Positions 47,829 to 60,170 of a stretch of DNA of 64,000 bases are shown piece by piece. The notes beneath the pieces were generated by a model, which was given only the letters and a program-made list of their open reading frames with translations, made no database searches and was not told the origin of the DNA. The position numbers and the translations under genes are program-made. The first letter of the stretch is position 1; every line of letters begins with the position of its first letter. The DNA is from Candidatus Woesebacteria bacterium GW2011_GWB1_33_22 (GTDB lineage: Bacteria; Patescibacteriota; Microgenomatia; UBA8517), in contig LBOW01000002.1 of NCBI GenBank assembly GCA_000989765.1, positions 6,843 to 70,842 on the forward strand. The letters are read 5' to 3'.

Positions 47829-48286
47829 TCTATATCTCCTCCAATGCCAATTGTGACTTGCCCCGTTGTCCCAGCTAAATCATGGGTTAATGTCAAAGTA
47901 AGTGAAGAAATTAGATCAGTCCCTTGTCCTAATACTTTAAATTTAATAAAACTTGGTAAACTTGAAATTGTTATATTTTTGGATGATAAATCAACAGTCT
48001 TAATGATAATGTCACTAGGTTCACAACTGGCTATTAATTCATAAACATAAGAATCAGAAAGATTAAATAAATAACCTGAAAGAGTTACGCAACCTTCTGG
48101 TTTTTGACCAGTCAAGGCAAATTGTTGGGCTGATCTTAAATCAGCCTTAACTGCTTTTAAAACTCCTGTTAGTGTTTGACGTCTGGAGAACTCTCTAAAA
48201 CTAACAAACCCAATTGTAAAAACAATTATTATAATTGTTATAGCTATTAAAAGTTCAATTAATGTATATGCCGAATTTCGCTTCAT
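47825..48286 (-). CDS. type IV pilin-like protein (Ala at -1 instead of Gly: SAYTLIELL)
   Basis: MKRNSAYTLIELLIAITIIIIVF. Confidence 0.65.
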   Translation of the reverse strand: MKRNSAYTLIELLIAITIIIIVFTIGFVSFREFSRRQTLTGVLKAVKADLRSAQQFALTGQKPEGCVTLSGYLFNLSDSYVYELIASCEPSDIIIKTVDLSSKNITISSLPSFIKFKVLGQGTDLISSLTLTLTHDLAGTTGQVTIGIGGDIE

Positions 48287-48729
48287 GGATTAGTAACTTT
48301 ATAATTACACGCTAAACTACCACAAGATGAACCGCAATTTATTGTTGTACCACCTTGTTCAAGAGAAGCACATAAATTATATTCACTCCCTGAAACTTGA
48401 TAAACATAATTTTTTCCAGCAACAGGATCGGCAGGGATTAATGAAATATATGTATTTGCAACCGCGCATGATGTCGGAGTACCACTTCCAATTAAAGAAT
48501 TACCAAAGGTAATTGAACCAGGATATGTATTACAATCTGCTTTGTAAAGCTCAAGGCCTGACCGTATAAGTTCCAAATCAGATTTTCTTCTAGCATCTCT
48601 TGCCGATTCTCTGGCACCTGACAAACCAAAAATTGAAATGGCTATTAAAATGCCTATTATTGAAATAACTACTAATAATTCAATTAAAGTAAAAGCCTTG
48701 TATATTTTTTTCATTGTAATGTTGGACAA
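48283..48729 (-). CDS. type IV pilin paralogue (likely start at internal MKKIYKAFTLIELL)
   Basis: KAFTLIELLVVISIIGILIAI + shared SARESARDARRKSDL motif. Confidence 0.8.
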   Translation of the reverse strand: MSNITMKKIYKAFTLIELLVVISIIGILIAISIFGLSGARESARDARRKSDLELIRSGLELYKADCNTYPGSITFGNSLIGSGTPTSCAVANTYISLIPADPVAGKNYVYQVSGSEYNLCASLEQGGTTINCGSSCGSLACNYKVTNP

Positions 48730-49151
48730 ACTCCGGCACTACTACTTGGACTTGTTGTTGTTTTTCCATTTTTGCCGTTACTACAAACCACCCAATAAGT
48801 TGTTGTTGATTCATTTTCTAAAGTTGCCCAAAGAACATACCCTAAACCATTGGCGTCAGTAATGTAGTAATAAACAAGAGTTGGGTCTTTAGGATCTAGG
48901 GAACAATTAGTTAAACTTAAATCAGTACATAATGTTGAAATACTTACCGCAATTTGATGTATCGGATATAGACCCTCATTTTTACTTGCATATTCTTCAA
49001 CAGAAGTTTGATATTGTTTCATATCCGATTTTCTGTTCACATCACGTGCTTGTCTTTGAGCTCCAGTAAAAGAAACTAAAGCTAATGCAGACAATATGCC
49101 AATAAGAGAAATGACAATTAACATTTCGATTAATGTAAAGGCTTTTCTCAT
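48711..49151 (-). CDS. type IV pilin paralogue
   Basis: MRKAFTLIEMLIVISLIGIL + AQRQARDVNRKSDM motif. Confidence 0.8.
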   Translation of the reverse strand: MRKAFTLIEMLIVISLIGILSALALVSFTGAQRQARDVNRKSDMKQYQTSVEEYASKNEGLYPIHQIAVSISTLCTDLSLTNCSLDPKDPTLVYYYITDANGLGYVLWATLENESTTTYWVVCSNGKNGKTTTSPSSSAGVCPTLQ

Positions 49152-49582
49152 GGTTTTACTTCATATTTATATCCACTAGCACAACCTGCTTCAACAATAC
49201 CTTTATCATCACTAGGATTTTCAAGACAAGCATAAAGAGTATATAAATCAGTATCAACAGCATCTCTTGCATATACATAATCTTGTGTGGGGGATAAAGG
49301 ATCAGCAGGTAAGATGTTCATGTAAGTAACACTCCCGTCTGTCCAGGGAGAACCCCAGACAGGCAAATCTCCCACTAATGGATAAATACTATTATCATTA
49401 TAATAAAGCCTTAAGGCAGTTTGAATATTTCGCAGATCCGATTTTCTTTCTGCATCCCTTGCTCTTTCTCTTGCTGAATTTAAATTTGCCAAAACTAGTG
49501 TTGCTAAAATTCCAATTAATGAAATCACAACTAATAGTTCAACAAGTGTAAATGCCTTTTGTGTTTTCATCGTACTTATCAC
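49148..49582 (-). CDS. type IV pilin paralogue
   Basis: QKAFTLVELLVVISLIGILA + SARERARDAERKSDL motif. Confidence 0.8.
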   Translation of the reverse strand: MISTMKTQKAFTLVELLVVISLIGILATLVLANLNSARERARDAERKSDLRNIQTALRLYYNDNSIYPLVGDLPVWGSPWTDGSVTYMNILPADPLSPTQDYVYARDAVDTDLYTLYACLENPSDDKGIVEAGCASGYKYEVKP

Positions 49583-49596
49583 TTTATATCATATCA

Positions 49597-50058
49597 CTAT
49601 TCACTAGCGTTCGTGTTTGCACTAGTAACTGAAAAGTTGCAATTACCTGTCCCTCCACAACCACTGTTAGTAATTGTTAAATCCAAATTTCTGTCTTGGC
49701 TATTTTCAAGTTTTGCAAAAAGTTGATATTTTTGGTTTAGAGAACCTGCTACTACTTGATATACATAATTAAAATTTGAAGAAGGATCCTTTGGCAAAAT
49801 TTTGAAATAAATGGTTCCTTTGCTATCAGAAAACTCATCTGTTCCAGAAATTAAGTCAATTTCATCTACGTTTGGATATTTATGGTAATCTGAATAAAAA
49901 AGTTCTAAAGCATGGGAAATTTGTTTTAAGTCAGATTTCCTCTGGGCATCTCTTCCTCTCATTTGGGCAGTTCTAAAACTGCCTACTGCAAGAGATGCTA
50001 AAACTCCAATAATTGCCATCACAACCAAAAGTTCAACTAAGGTGAATGCTTTTTTCAT
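49597..50058 (-). CDS. type IV pilin paralogue (start trimmed to MKKAFTLVELL)
   Basis: KKAFTLVELLVVMAIIGVLA + AQMRGRDAQRKSDL motif. Confidence 0.8.
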   Translation of the reverse strand: MKKAFTLVELLVVMAIIGVLASLAVGSFRTAQMRGRDAQRKSDLKQISHALELFYSDYHKYPNVDEIDLISGTDEFSDSKGTIYFKILPKDPSSNFNYVYQVVAGSLNQKYQLFAKLENSQDRNLDLTITNSGCGGTGNCNFSVTSANTNASE

Positions 50059-50059
50059 A

Positions 50060-50554
50060 TTAACTGCCCCACCTTCCATAATTACATATAAAGTCGCCAC
50101 AATGCAAGTTTTTCTGTATTATTGTTAGGCTGTATTCATCTTCATTTTTACCTTCGAGAGAAACATATATTTCATATTTATCTCCATCTGAAATATATAA
50201 GTATTTTCGTCCTTTTCTATAACTAGGGTCATTATTAATTACATTAATATTTTCAAATTTAGAAACACCCCAATCACAGGCTACAGCATTTAATGCATGG
50301 CTAGTTTCATTATCAACAACTGGATTTTCAATAAAACATCCAATAATTCTCCCGTCAATGGTTGATTTAGGAAATTCTTTATATTTTTGCAAAAAAGTAT
50401 CAACTTCTTTTTGCATAGCGGACATATCATTTTTACGAGTAGTATCTCTACCTTTACGAAGTGAAGTTTTAATATTAATTCCTGTTACTAAAATTAAAAA
50501 CGTAAATATTATTAATAGATATTTAATCTCTGTTTTATTAAAAAGATGTAACAT
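50060..50554 (-). CDS. degenerate pilin-like paralogue lacking canonical G-F-T-L-I-E prepilin motif
   Basis: Retains family motif LRKGRDTTRKNDM...TFLQKY but N-terminus is IKYLLIIFTFLILVTGI without cleavage/methylation signature. Confidence 0.45.
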   Translation of the reverse strand: MLHLFNKTEIKYLLIIFTFLILVTGINIKTSLRKGRDTTRKNDMSAMQKEVDTFLQKYKEFPKSTIDGRIIGCFIENPVVDNETSHALNAVACDWGVSKFENINVINNDPSYRKGRKYLYISDGDKYEIYVSLEGKNEDEYSLTIIQKNLHCGDFICNYGRWGS

Positions 50555-50562
50555 AAATTCTT

Positions 50563-51195
50563 TTAGTTCTGCCAAGCAGTGCATTCATTTTCAGGGTTTA
50601 CACATTGATTATAACAGGCGATGTTTTGAAAATTAGGATCACACTCAGGTCCAGGTCTACTTGGGTCCCAATTTATAGGCAGGCAAACACCTGAGAAACA
50701 GCCATAAAAATTATCCTCCGGGGGCGGAGTACCTCCTCCACCTGTGGGCGCAGAAGTTGGCTGTCCTGAAACATCAACTGGTGCATTGGGACTGCCATAA
50801 ACATAACTATAAGAGCTATTTGGACCAATAGCAGTTTGATAATCAACATCTGTTGTGTTATCTAACTTTGAATATATTTTGTACCACTTAGGGCAAGTTG
50901 AATCTTCATGATCATACATATATGAAGCCTTGGTAATTGGATCACAAGGTATTTTATCAATATAAGGCATCAGCCCTGTACCTGGCGAGCAAACAACCAA
51001 ACTGGGCAGGGGATAACAATCATTATCTTTTTCATATTCTTCAACAGCAATTCCTATTCTTTTAATCTCAGCTTTTCTCTTTGCATCATTAGCTTTAAAG
51101 ACTTGTGTTCTTAAAAAAACTGTTATTGCAGTAACTAATAAAGCTATTATGGCAACAACAACCATTAGTTCAACTAAGGTCATTCCTTTTTTCAT
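50563..51195 (-). CDS. type IV pilin paralogue with Cys-rich C-terminal extension (start trimmed to MKKGMTLVELM)
   Basis: KKGMTLVELMVVVAIIALLVTAI; C-terminal ~90 aa with 8 Cys and GGGGTPPP linker. Confidence 0.7.
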   Translation of the reverse strand: MKKGMTLVELMVVVAIIALLVTAITVFLRTQVFKANDAKRKAEIKRIGIAVEEYEKDNDCYPLPSLVVCSPGTGLMPYIDKIPCDPITKASYMYDHEDSTCPKWYKIYSKLDNTTDVDYQTAIGPNSSYSYVYGSPNAPVDVSGQPTSAPTGGGGTPPPEDNFYGCFSGVCLPINWDPSRPGPECDPNFQNIACYNQCVNPENECTAWQN

Positions 51196-51902
51196 GTTAG
51201 TAATATGATCCAAAAGGCAATAATTAAAAACGGACCAAATGCAATTTTTGTTTTTAACTTCGCCTGTCTTAATAATAACAAGAAGACGGATACTATTCCA
51301 CCTATTATAAAGGCGGTCATTAGCCATATTAGGCTTTGGTCGACTGTAAGCCAGAGGCCTAAAGCTATAGCCAACTTGACGTCGCCCAAGCCCATGCCAC
51401 GACCTTTGGTAATAAGGTGAATAAAAAGGAGAACAAGAGCAGAGAGAAAGCCGGCGAACAGACTAGGGTATAGGGTATAGGTGATAGGGGATAGTAAACC
51501 CAAAAACAAAACTAACCAACTCAACTCGTCGGGGATGATTTGATGTTCAACATCAATAATTAAAATGCTAAATGTTAATAAAAATAAAAGAATTAAAACA
51601 AAGTTAGGATACAAAAAAACAAAACCAATGGCCGTAGCAAGTTCGATTAGTGGGTAACGGATTGAGATTTTTTTACTACAGCAACGGCTTTTACCTCTAT
51701 AGCGCAAAAAAGAAACTAGCGGTATATTGTCATACCAAGCAAGTTTCTCTTTGCACAAATCGCAGAAAGACCTTCCACTGATAAAACCCAAACCTCTAGG
51801 GATTCTGTAAGTTATAAGGCTTACAAAAGACCCAATCACCAATCCTAACAATGTAAGCAGGGTAAGTTCAACCATGCCTACATTATTCAGGAATACAAAC
51901 AT
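51192..51902 (-). CDS. pilD: prepilin peptidase (A24 family)
   Basis: N-terminal zinc-binding CDLCKEKL...RYRGKSRCC (CxxC...CxxC), multiple TM helices, GLGDVKL catalytic Asp region. Confidence 0.85.
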   Translation of the reverse strand: MFVFLNNVGMVELTLLTLLGLVIGSFVSLITYRIPRGLGFISGRSFCDLCKEKLAWYDNIPLVSFLRYRGKSRCCSKKISIRYPLIELATAIGFVFLYPNFVLILLFLLTFSILIIDVEHQIIPDELSWLVLFLGLLSPITYTLYPSLFAGFLSALVLLFIHLITKGRGMGLGDVKLAIALGLWLTVDQSLIWLMTAFIIGGIVSVFLLLLRQAKLKTKIAFGPFLIIAFWIILLT

Positions 51903-52485
51903 AACAAGCGTTAGTTACCCAGTTAGCAGTAGCAACATCACATGCAGCTGTTACAGTTCTTGTACCATCAGCAGCACTAAGGGTATAAACCTTGCCATCT
52001 GCAATAGCTTTTTCTCTTGTCGCTTTAGCTAAAGGTATAAAACATGCATATACTGACGAGGATGAACCTGCACCCTTACCAATCATAATCTGTTGATCTA
52101 GATTAGTTGAATTTTGGATAAAATCTCTATTTCTAAATTCAGATTTTAATTCGTTAGTTGAAAGTAAAAGACCGTCGGCAGAACATGCAGCGCCACAAAT
52201 ACCAACATCAACGTTTGATGATGTAATAAATCCATAGGACTCATCAATACTGGTTGCAGTACCAGATGTTACCCATGGAAATTCACTTCTTGCAGTAAAG
52301 TATCTATCAATTGCACTAATAAGCTGACCTCCGTCTGCTTTAAACCTTGTATCTCTTGCACGATTAGATTGTTCAATTGGGTTAATAGCAGCAATAACAA
52401 TTAAAGCAATTGCTCCTAAAAGTCCTATAACTATCAAAAGTTCTACAAGTGTGAAAGCTTTTTTAAATTTATTAATATTAATCAC
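51883..52485 (-). CDS. type IV pilin (candidate major pilin, between pilC and pilD)
   Basis: KKAFTLVELLIVIGLLGAIALIVIA; C-terminal Cys pairs. Confidence 0.75.
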   Translation of the reverse strand: MININKFKKAFTLVELLIVIGLLGAIALIVIAAINPIEQSNRARDTRFKADGGQLISAIDRYFTARSEFPWVTSGTATSIDESYGFITSSNVDVGICGAACSADGLLLSTNELKSEFRNRDFIQNSTNLDQQIMIGKGAGSSSSVYACFIPLAKATREKAIADGKVYTLSAADGTRTVTAACDVATANWVTNACYVCIPE

Positions 52486-52520
52486 CTCGATTCTTTTTAA
52501 CTATATTCATTATTGTATTT

Positions 52521-53726
52521 TTAAAACTGACTTGTCAAGTTATATATTGGCAAAATTATTGCAATTACCAAAAAACCAACCCCAAGACCCAAAATTACCA
52601 TAACAATTGGTTCTACTGCTGTTGTTAAAGTTTTTACTTTTTGATCTGACTCAACTTCAAAGACATGACTAACTTTACCCAAGACTTCCTCCATTTTTCC
52701 AGTTTCTTCACCAACAGCTACCATCTGAGATAGAATAAACGGAAATGCGTCAGGATGTTTTGCAAAAGCAAAAGAAACAGGAAAACCCTTTTCGACCTGT
52801 TTAGAAACATCTTTTAAAGCATTGCCAATAACAGAATTTCCAACAACTTCAGAGGTAATATTTAATCCTTCTAAAATTGAAACACCAGCACCAGCCATTA
52901 AAGAAAGAGTACTCGTTAGTTCTGTTAAAATAACTTCCCTCTGTAAACTACCAATAATTGGAAGTTTAAAAAGAAGTTCGTCAGTTTTAAGTCTTCCTTC
53001 TTTTGTTTTTCTATAAGCCTGAAATCCATAAATAGCACCTCCAACAACAAGCAGTGTAATTGGCCAAAATTTAATCACAGCATCAGACATTCCAATAAGA
53101 ATTCTCGTGGGAAGTGGTAATTCCGCATTAAATTCATCATAAAGTGATGTTAATCGAGGGATTACAAAAATCATCATGATAAAAGCAACAATTACCATAC
53201 CAATAATAATAATTGCAGGATAAATTAATGCTCCCTTAACCTTACCTTTAAATTCTTGTTGTTTTTCTAATGAATCAGCCAGACGAATTAAAACGGTATC
53301 CAAAACTCCTCCAACTTCACCAGATTTAACTAAAGCAATGTAGGTAGGGGAGAAAACTTGCGGATGTTTGGAAAATGCTTTTGACATTGATTCTCCACCT
53401 TCAACATCAGCTAGAACTTGGGAAACAACTTTACCCATTGAACCTTTTGATTGAGACCGAAGTATTAAAAGAGACTCTGTAATAGGTAAACCTGCACCTA
53501 CCATTGTTGCAAATTGTCTGGTAAAAGTAGCAACGTCAGCAGGTGTAATTCTATTTTTGAACTTTTTAATAAAATCGATTGGGCTTTCGTAAGCCTGTTT
53601 TATAGACAGAACCAAAAGACTCTTGCTTCTGACTAATTTTGCCGCGCCTGATTCACTTACTGCTTCAACTTCACCTTTAATTAACTTTCCACTTTTATCT
53701 TTGGCTTTATAATTATATCTTTTCAT
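52521..53726 (-). CDS. pilC: type IV pilus inner-membrane platform protein PilC (GspF family)
   Basis: Two GspF repeats, 401 aa, 3 TM segments. Confidence 0.9.
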   Translation of the reverse strand: MKRYNYKAKDKSGKLIKGEVEAVSESGAAKLVRSKSLLVLSIKQAYESPIDFIKKFKNRITPADVATFTRQFATMVGAGLPITESLLILRSQSKGSMGKVVSQVLADVEGGESMSKAFSKHPQVFSPTYIALVKSGEVGGVLDTVLIRLADSLEKQQEFKGKVKGALIYPAIIIIGMVIVAFIMMIFVIPRLTSLYDEFNAELPLPTRILIGMSDAVIKFWPITLLVVGGAIYGFQAYRKTKEGRLKTDELLFKLPIIGSLQREVILTELTSTLSLMAGAGVSILEGLNITSEVVGNSVIGNALKDVSKQVEKGFPVSFAFAKHPDAFPFILSQMVAVGEETGKMEEVLGKVSHVFEVESDQKVKTLTTAVEPIVMVILGLGVGFLVIAIILPIYNLTSQF

Positions 53727-54787
53727 ACAGAGCCTCTAATAAGTCTATTTAACTCTTCAGGTCTAACAGACCAACTTTGTGCAGTTTCGAGAGTGATTTT
53801 TCCATTTTTAACTAAATTTGCTAGAGAATGCTCCAGTGTGGACATACCCACTTCAAGAGAGGTCTGGATAATCGAATCTATCTGATGAGTTTTTCCTTCT
53901 CGAATCGCGGTTTTAATAGCAGTTGTACCAAGCATTACTTCATGGGCAACTACACGTCCAGTTGGTACAGCAGCAATCAGTCTTTGAGAAAATACTGCTT
54001 CTAAGGTCGAGGATAATTGCAATCTGACCTGTTGTTGTTGATCTTCTGGAAAAACGTCAACAATACGATCAACTGTTTGAGAAGCAGAGTTTGTGTGAAG
54101 GGTAGCAAGCACTAAATGACCAGTTTCAGCTATCGTCATCGCTGAAGCAATTGTTTCATAGTCTCTCATTTCTCCAACTAAAACGACATCAGGGTCTTCG
54201 CGGAGAACGGAACGAAGGGCAACCTGCCATGAATGAGTATCCGATCTCATCTCACGTTGGGAAATAATTGATTTTATGGGTTTAAACATAAACTCAACAG
54301 GATCTTCAATGGTCACAATATGACAGGCTCTTATTTTATTTATCTCATTAATAATTGCAGCCAGTGTTGTTGATTTACCGTGCCCTGTAGGACCAGTAAC
54401 TAAAACCAATCCTTGCCTTAAATTGGCAAAACTATGAGCAATTTTAGGCAAATTTAAACTATCTATATCTGGAATTTCCAAGGGAATTTTCCTAAATGCA
54501 GCAGCCAAAGATCCTTTTTGGGTATAACTATTTACTCTAAATCTGGCCTTGTCAGAAAATGATAGTGAAAAATCAATTTCTTTATTTACTGTTAATCTTT
54601 CAAATTGTTCAGCGCTTAGTACTTGTTTTAAACCTTCTGAAACTAAATCCTCAGTAAGTATTCCAGAATTAGGAACTGCCAAAAGCTCGCCATCAACTCT
54701 TAATGTAGGGGGGTTGCCAACAAGCAAATGAAGATCAGATGCTTTAGCATCAACAGCTTGTTGGAGCAGGTTTTTTACATCAATCAT
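53723..54787 (-). CDS. pilT: twitching-motility retraction ATPase PilT
   Basis: Walker A GPTGHGKST, Asp box, His box, AIRNLIRE-like C-terminal motif (TAIREGKTHQI). Confidence 0.9.
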   Translation of the reverse strand: MIDVKNLLQQAVDAKASDLHLLVGNPPTLRVDGELLAVPNSGILTEDLVSEGLKQVLSAEQFERLTVNKEIDFSLSFSDKARFRVNSYTQKGSLAAAFRKIPLEIPDIDSLNLPKIAHSFANLRQGLVLVTGPTGHGKSTTLAAIINEINKIRACHIVTIEDPVEFMFKPIKSIISQREMRSDTHSWQVALRSVLREDPDVVLVGEMRDYETIASAMTIAETGHLVLATLHTNSASQTVDRIVDVFPEDQQQQVRLQLSSTLEAVFSQRLIAAVPTGRVVAHEVMLGTTAIKTAIREGKTHQIDSIIQTSLEVGMSTLEHSLANLVKNGKITLETAQSWSVRPEELNRLIRGSV

Positions 54788-54791
54788 ATGA

Positions 54792-56513
54792 TTACTCTTG
54801 AGCTACCCTTAATACTTCTTCAATACTTGTTATACCTTCAATAACTTTCAAATATCCGTCCTGTTTTAATGTTATCATACCTTCTTCTTTTGCTCTCTTC
54901 TCAATTTCTGAGGCAGGAGATCTTTCTAATATTAGCTTAGCAATTGCATCAGTTACTGGCAAGACCTCAAATACTCCGACTCTGCCATAATAACCAGAAT
55001 TGCCACAAGCTTCACAACCCTTACCCCTATAAAGTTTTACATCTTTTGCAGATGGCCAGAGTGGGCCCAAGACAGTTTTAATATCTTCAATAATTTTAGG
55101 ATCAGGGGTATAACTTTCCTTACAATCATCATGAATTTTACGAGTCACTCGTTGGGCCATAATCGCTGTCATAGACGAAGCCAGAAGATATGGTTCTGCA
55201 CCCATATCTAAAAGGCGGGGGAGAGCGCCAGAAGAATCATTTGTATGTAAAGTTGAAAACACCAAATGTCCAGTTAGAGAAGCTTGAACTGCCAAATCTG
55301 CAGTTTCTTGGTCTCTAATCTCTCCAACTAAAATGACATTGGGGTCTTGTCTTAAAAAAGATTTAAGTCCAGAGGCAAAAGTTAAGCCTACAGCAGGATT
55401 TATTTGAACCTGATTGACCCCAACCATTTTATATTCGATAGGGTCTTCAAGCGTAACAATATTTACTTTCGGTGTATTAATACGAGCAATAATTGAATAA
55501 AGAGTTGTAGTTTTTCCAGAACCAGTTGGTCCACAAATCAAAATAATTCCATGAGGCCTTAAAATTGCATCTTGCAAGTTTTTAATTGCTTTTCCACGAA
55601 GCCCTAGTTCTGGAAGGTCGGGGACACCTCCTGTTTTTTTAAGAAGTCGCATAACAATCTTTTCTCCCCAAGATGTGGGAAGAGAGCTTACACGAAGATC
55701 AGTATCCTGATCATTAGCTTTAAAGTTAAATCTGCCATCTTGAGGAATTCTTTTCTCATCAATTTTCATACCCGCCAAAATTTTTACTCTTGAGATCAAT
55801 GATTCATGAAGTTCTTTTGGAATTGTTAATTTTTCCTGTAAAATACCATCAATTCTGTACCTTACTCTAGTTGATTTTTCTTGAGGTTCTATGTGAATAT
55901 CAGAAGAACGACTTTTAACGGCAAATTCTAGGATGTGACTTACAATCTCTGAAATTTTTTCTTCTCTGATAAAACCAATTTTAAAATTTTCGCTGGCACT
56001 TGTTTTTTTCTCAGGTGCAACATCTTTTAAAGCCTCTGTTACTTCTTGTGAGAGAGAAGTGGCATAACGAATAGTTATCGCTTCCATGATTTTTTCTTCT
56101 TCGGAAGCCATAGGTTTAACTCTAAATCCAGTTTTACGTTCAACAAACTCAATTGCAGTCAAATCAAGTGGGTCAGCCATGGCAAGGGTCAAACTTTTAC
56201 TTTGCCTATCAGCGTTAACAGGAAAAACTTTAAATTTAGAAGCAACCTCTTGAGGTAAAACAGACATAGCTTCAGGAGATGATGGTGAATTTAAAATATC
56301 AAGGTAGGGAATATTATAAAGAACAGCTTTAGCTTTAACTAAAACTTCATTTCCTACCAAATTTTGTTTTTTAATTATTTCTTCCTGAGTAGAACCATAC
56401 TGAACTTCAGCCATTTTAACCTGTTCAGCACGTTTAGAGTCCATTGCCCCCATTGAAACTAAAATATCAGCTAAGTTGTTTCCGACAGGCACTACGTTGG
56501 CAGTATTAGGCAT
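54792..56513 (-). CDS. pilB: type IV pilus assembly ATPase PilB (GspE family)
   Basis: N-terminal GSPII domain, Walker A GPTGSGKTT, tetracysteine CxxC...CxxC (CKESYT...CEACGNSGY). Confidence 0.9.
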   Translation of the reverse strand: MPNTANVVPVGNNLADILVSMGAMDSKRAEQVKMAEVQYGSTQEEIIKKQNLVGNEVLVKAKAVLYNIPYLDILNSPSSPEAMSVLPQEVASKFKVFPVNADRQSKSLTLAMADPLDLTAIEFVERKTGFRVKPMASEEEKIMEAITIRYATSLSQEVTEALKDVAPEKKTSASENFKIGFIREEKISEIVSHILEFAVKSRSSDIHIEPQEKSTRVRYRIDGILQEKLTIPKELHESLISRVKILAGMKIDEKRIPQDGRFNFKANDQDTDLRVSSLPTSWGEKIVMRLLKKTGGVPDLPELGLRGKAIKNLQDAILRPHGIILICGPTGSGKTTTLYSIIARINTPKVNIVTLEDPIEYKMVGVNQVQINPAVGLTFASGLKSFLRQDPNVILVGEIRDQETADLAVQASLTGHLVFSTLHTNDSSGALPRLLDMGAEPYLLASSMTAIMAQRVTRKIHDDCKESYTPDPKIIEDIKTVLGPLWPSAKDVKLYRGKGCEACGNSGYYGRVGVFEVLPVTDAIAKLILERSPASEIEKRAKEEGMITLKQDGYLKVIEGITSIEEVLRVAQE

Positions 56514-56543
56514 TAATTCATGATATCATAGTTAGATAATAAT

Positions 56544-59055
<2,512 letters not shown>

Positions 59056-59301
59056 TTTAAGGTTTAGTATCACCTTCAAGAAGTTTTTGTAAACGTTCAA
59101 TATGTTCTTCCATTTGACCTATTAGTTCAAATTCTTCAATTTTTTCTCTAATTATTTGTTCTAAACTTCGATGGGTCGTTTTTTGAATACTTAAAATTCC
59201 CTCGATTATTATGTCATCCGCCCCTCTTTTTTAAGGTCTTTTTCATTCATTAAATATTATTTTAATATCATTTTTTCATATTGCTAATTTTGTAACGAAA
59301 T

Positions 59302-59323
59302 AACAAGGTTGGTCCTTGTGATT
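59302..59323. repeat. REP-like palindrome (aacaaggttggtccttgtgatt), inverted orientation relative to downstream copies
   Basis: Reverse complement aatcacaaggaccaaccttgtt matches units at 59974-60050. Confidence 0.65.
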
Positions 59324-59340
59324 TTATGATATCATGAAAT

Positions 59341-59976
59341 ATGCCCGCCAGAAATATATTAAAACAATACCTTTCTGACTCAATTTATCATATTTATAAT
59401 CGAGGAGTAGAAAAACGAATTATCTTTATAGATAATCAAGACTATAAAGTTTTCCTATCTTACATAGAAGAGTATTTAACACCATTACAACAAGGATCAA
59501 CCTTGTTGTATCGAGAACTGACTGGAAAATATTATGGAGAAATAATTCTTTTAGCCTTTTGTTTAATGCCAAATCACTTCCATTTACTTATTAAGCAAAA
59601 GGATAAAGATTCAATCAAAAGGTTTTCAAAATCATTATTTACAAGATATAGCATGTACTTTAATAAAAAATATAAAAGGGTTGGACCACTTTTCCAAAGT
59701 ATTTACAAAGCTACAAATGTAATAGATAAAGAACATTTATTATATATTTCAAAATATATTCATTTAAATCCGTCAGAAAAAGCAAATAAATTAATTGATG
59801 CTTATTCTTCATATTCAGACTATTTGGGAATCACCAATACACAATGGTTAAATAAATTTATTGTATTAACAGAATTTAATAAAAGCTCATATATGAAGTA
59901 CCACAAAATAAAAACATACAAGCAATTCGTTGAGGAGTATAAGGAAGACCTTCCACAATACACGCTGGGCGAATAA
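59341..59976 (+). mobile_element. REP-associated tyrosine transposase (RAYT) / IS200-like Y1 transposase
   Basis: IYHIYNRGVEK..., HUH motif MPNHFHLLI, catalytic Tyr region FTRYSMYFNKKY / YIHLNP; flanked by REP-like palindromes. Confidence 0.8.
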
Positions 59977-60050
59977 TCACAAGAACCACAAGGACCAACC
60001 TTGTGATTAACTTGTGATTAAAGAACCACAAGGACCAACCTTGTGATTAA
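59974..60050. repeat. two tandem REP-like palindromic units (AGAACCACAAGGACCAACCTTGTGATTAA) downstream of RAYT
   Basis: Unit contains nested inverted repeats CACAAGG-ACCAA-CCTTGTG; second partial unit CTTGTGATTAA between copies. Confidence 0.75.
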
Positions 60051-60105
60051 TAAACAATTTGTAGAAGAATATAAAGCAGACATGCCCCAATATGAACCAG
60101 ATATG

Positions 60106-60132
60106 TGAGGGTTCAACCCTCACATTTTTTCC
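60106..60132 (+). terminator. rho-independent terminator TGTGAGGG-ttcaa-CCCTCACA + T6
   Basis: 8-bp perfect stem followed by TTTTTT. Confidence 0.7.
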
Positions 60133-60170
60133 ATATTGCAAATTGAAAGCTACAGATTTAATATCTTCAT

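Noticed and set aside
59056-59240. Minus-strand reading frame ...IIIEGILSIQKTTHRSLEQIIREKIEEFELIGQMEEHIERLQKLLEGDTKP*
   Set aside because: Preceded by an in-frame TAA with no start codon; probably a gene remnant downstream of gyrB rather than a functional CDS
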